64,000 bases of DNA from positions 15,624,001-15,688,000 of the forward strand of contig NC_045138.2 of assembly GCF_008831285.2 (NCBI RefSeq). Reading direction: 5' to 3'. Numbering within the stretch: the stretch's first letter is position 1; the number at the start of each line of letters is the position of its first letter. This DNA comes from Nymphaea colorata. Lineage: Eukaryota. The translations under genes and the position numbers were made by a program. The notes under the pieces are model-generated. The model had not been told where the DNA came from, did no database searches, and saw only the letters and a list, made by a program, of their open reading frames with translations. Below, piece by piece: positions 63,891-64,000 of this stretch.

Positions 63891-64000
63891 GTAGTCAACT
63901 GAACTAGCGTCAGTTTGGAAAAATATGTTTGTGTTATCTAGAATTATTAGACAATAAGTGCAAGCAGAGGAAAATTAATACTTCCCAAATATCAGGTGGC

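Overview
Gene-rich nuclear DNA of a flowering plant; the species cannot be established from the sequence alone. Nine protein-coding genes were reconstructed by hand from splice signals and frame continuity: DIVARICATA-like R-R MYB (-), VPS55 (+), NAC factor (+), Pollen Ole e 1 family (-), S40/DUF584 (-), NdhL (-), SNX1 (-), ORANGE-like (+) and a 3'-truncated ABHD11-like hydrolase (+). The window also holds a tRNA-Leu(UAG), a probable polycistronic box C/D snoRNA cluster (about 37.5-39 kb), a plastid 23S rRNA fragment, many hAT- and Tourist-like MITEs, a tandem TRIM-like element and microsatellites. The most notable observations are: (1) a one-nucleotide exon (T11131) needed to keep VPS55 in frame; (2) a Pack-hAT-like element carrying a DUF3475/PSI gene fragment that is split by a nested MITE with a perfect 8-bp TSD; (3) a duplicated snoRNA cluster with two antisense blocks to adjacent 25S rRNA segments; (4) an NdhL gene whose first exon appears to come from an unrelated plastid-protein family. 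Family assignments rest on motifs recalled from memory; no database search was run.
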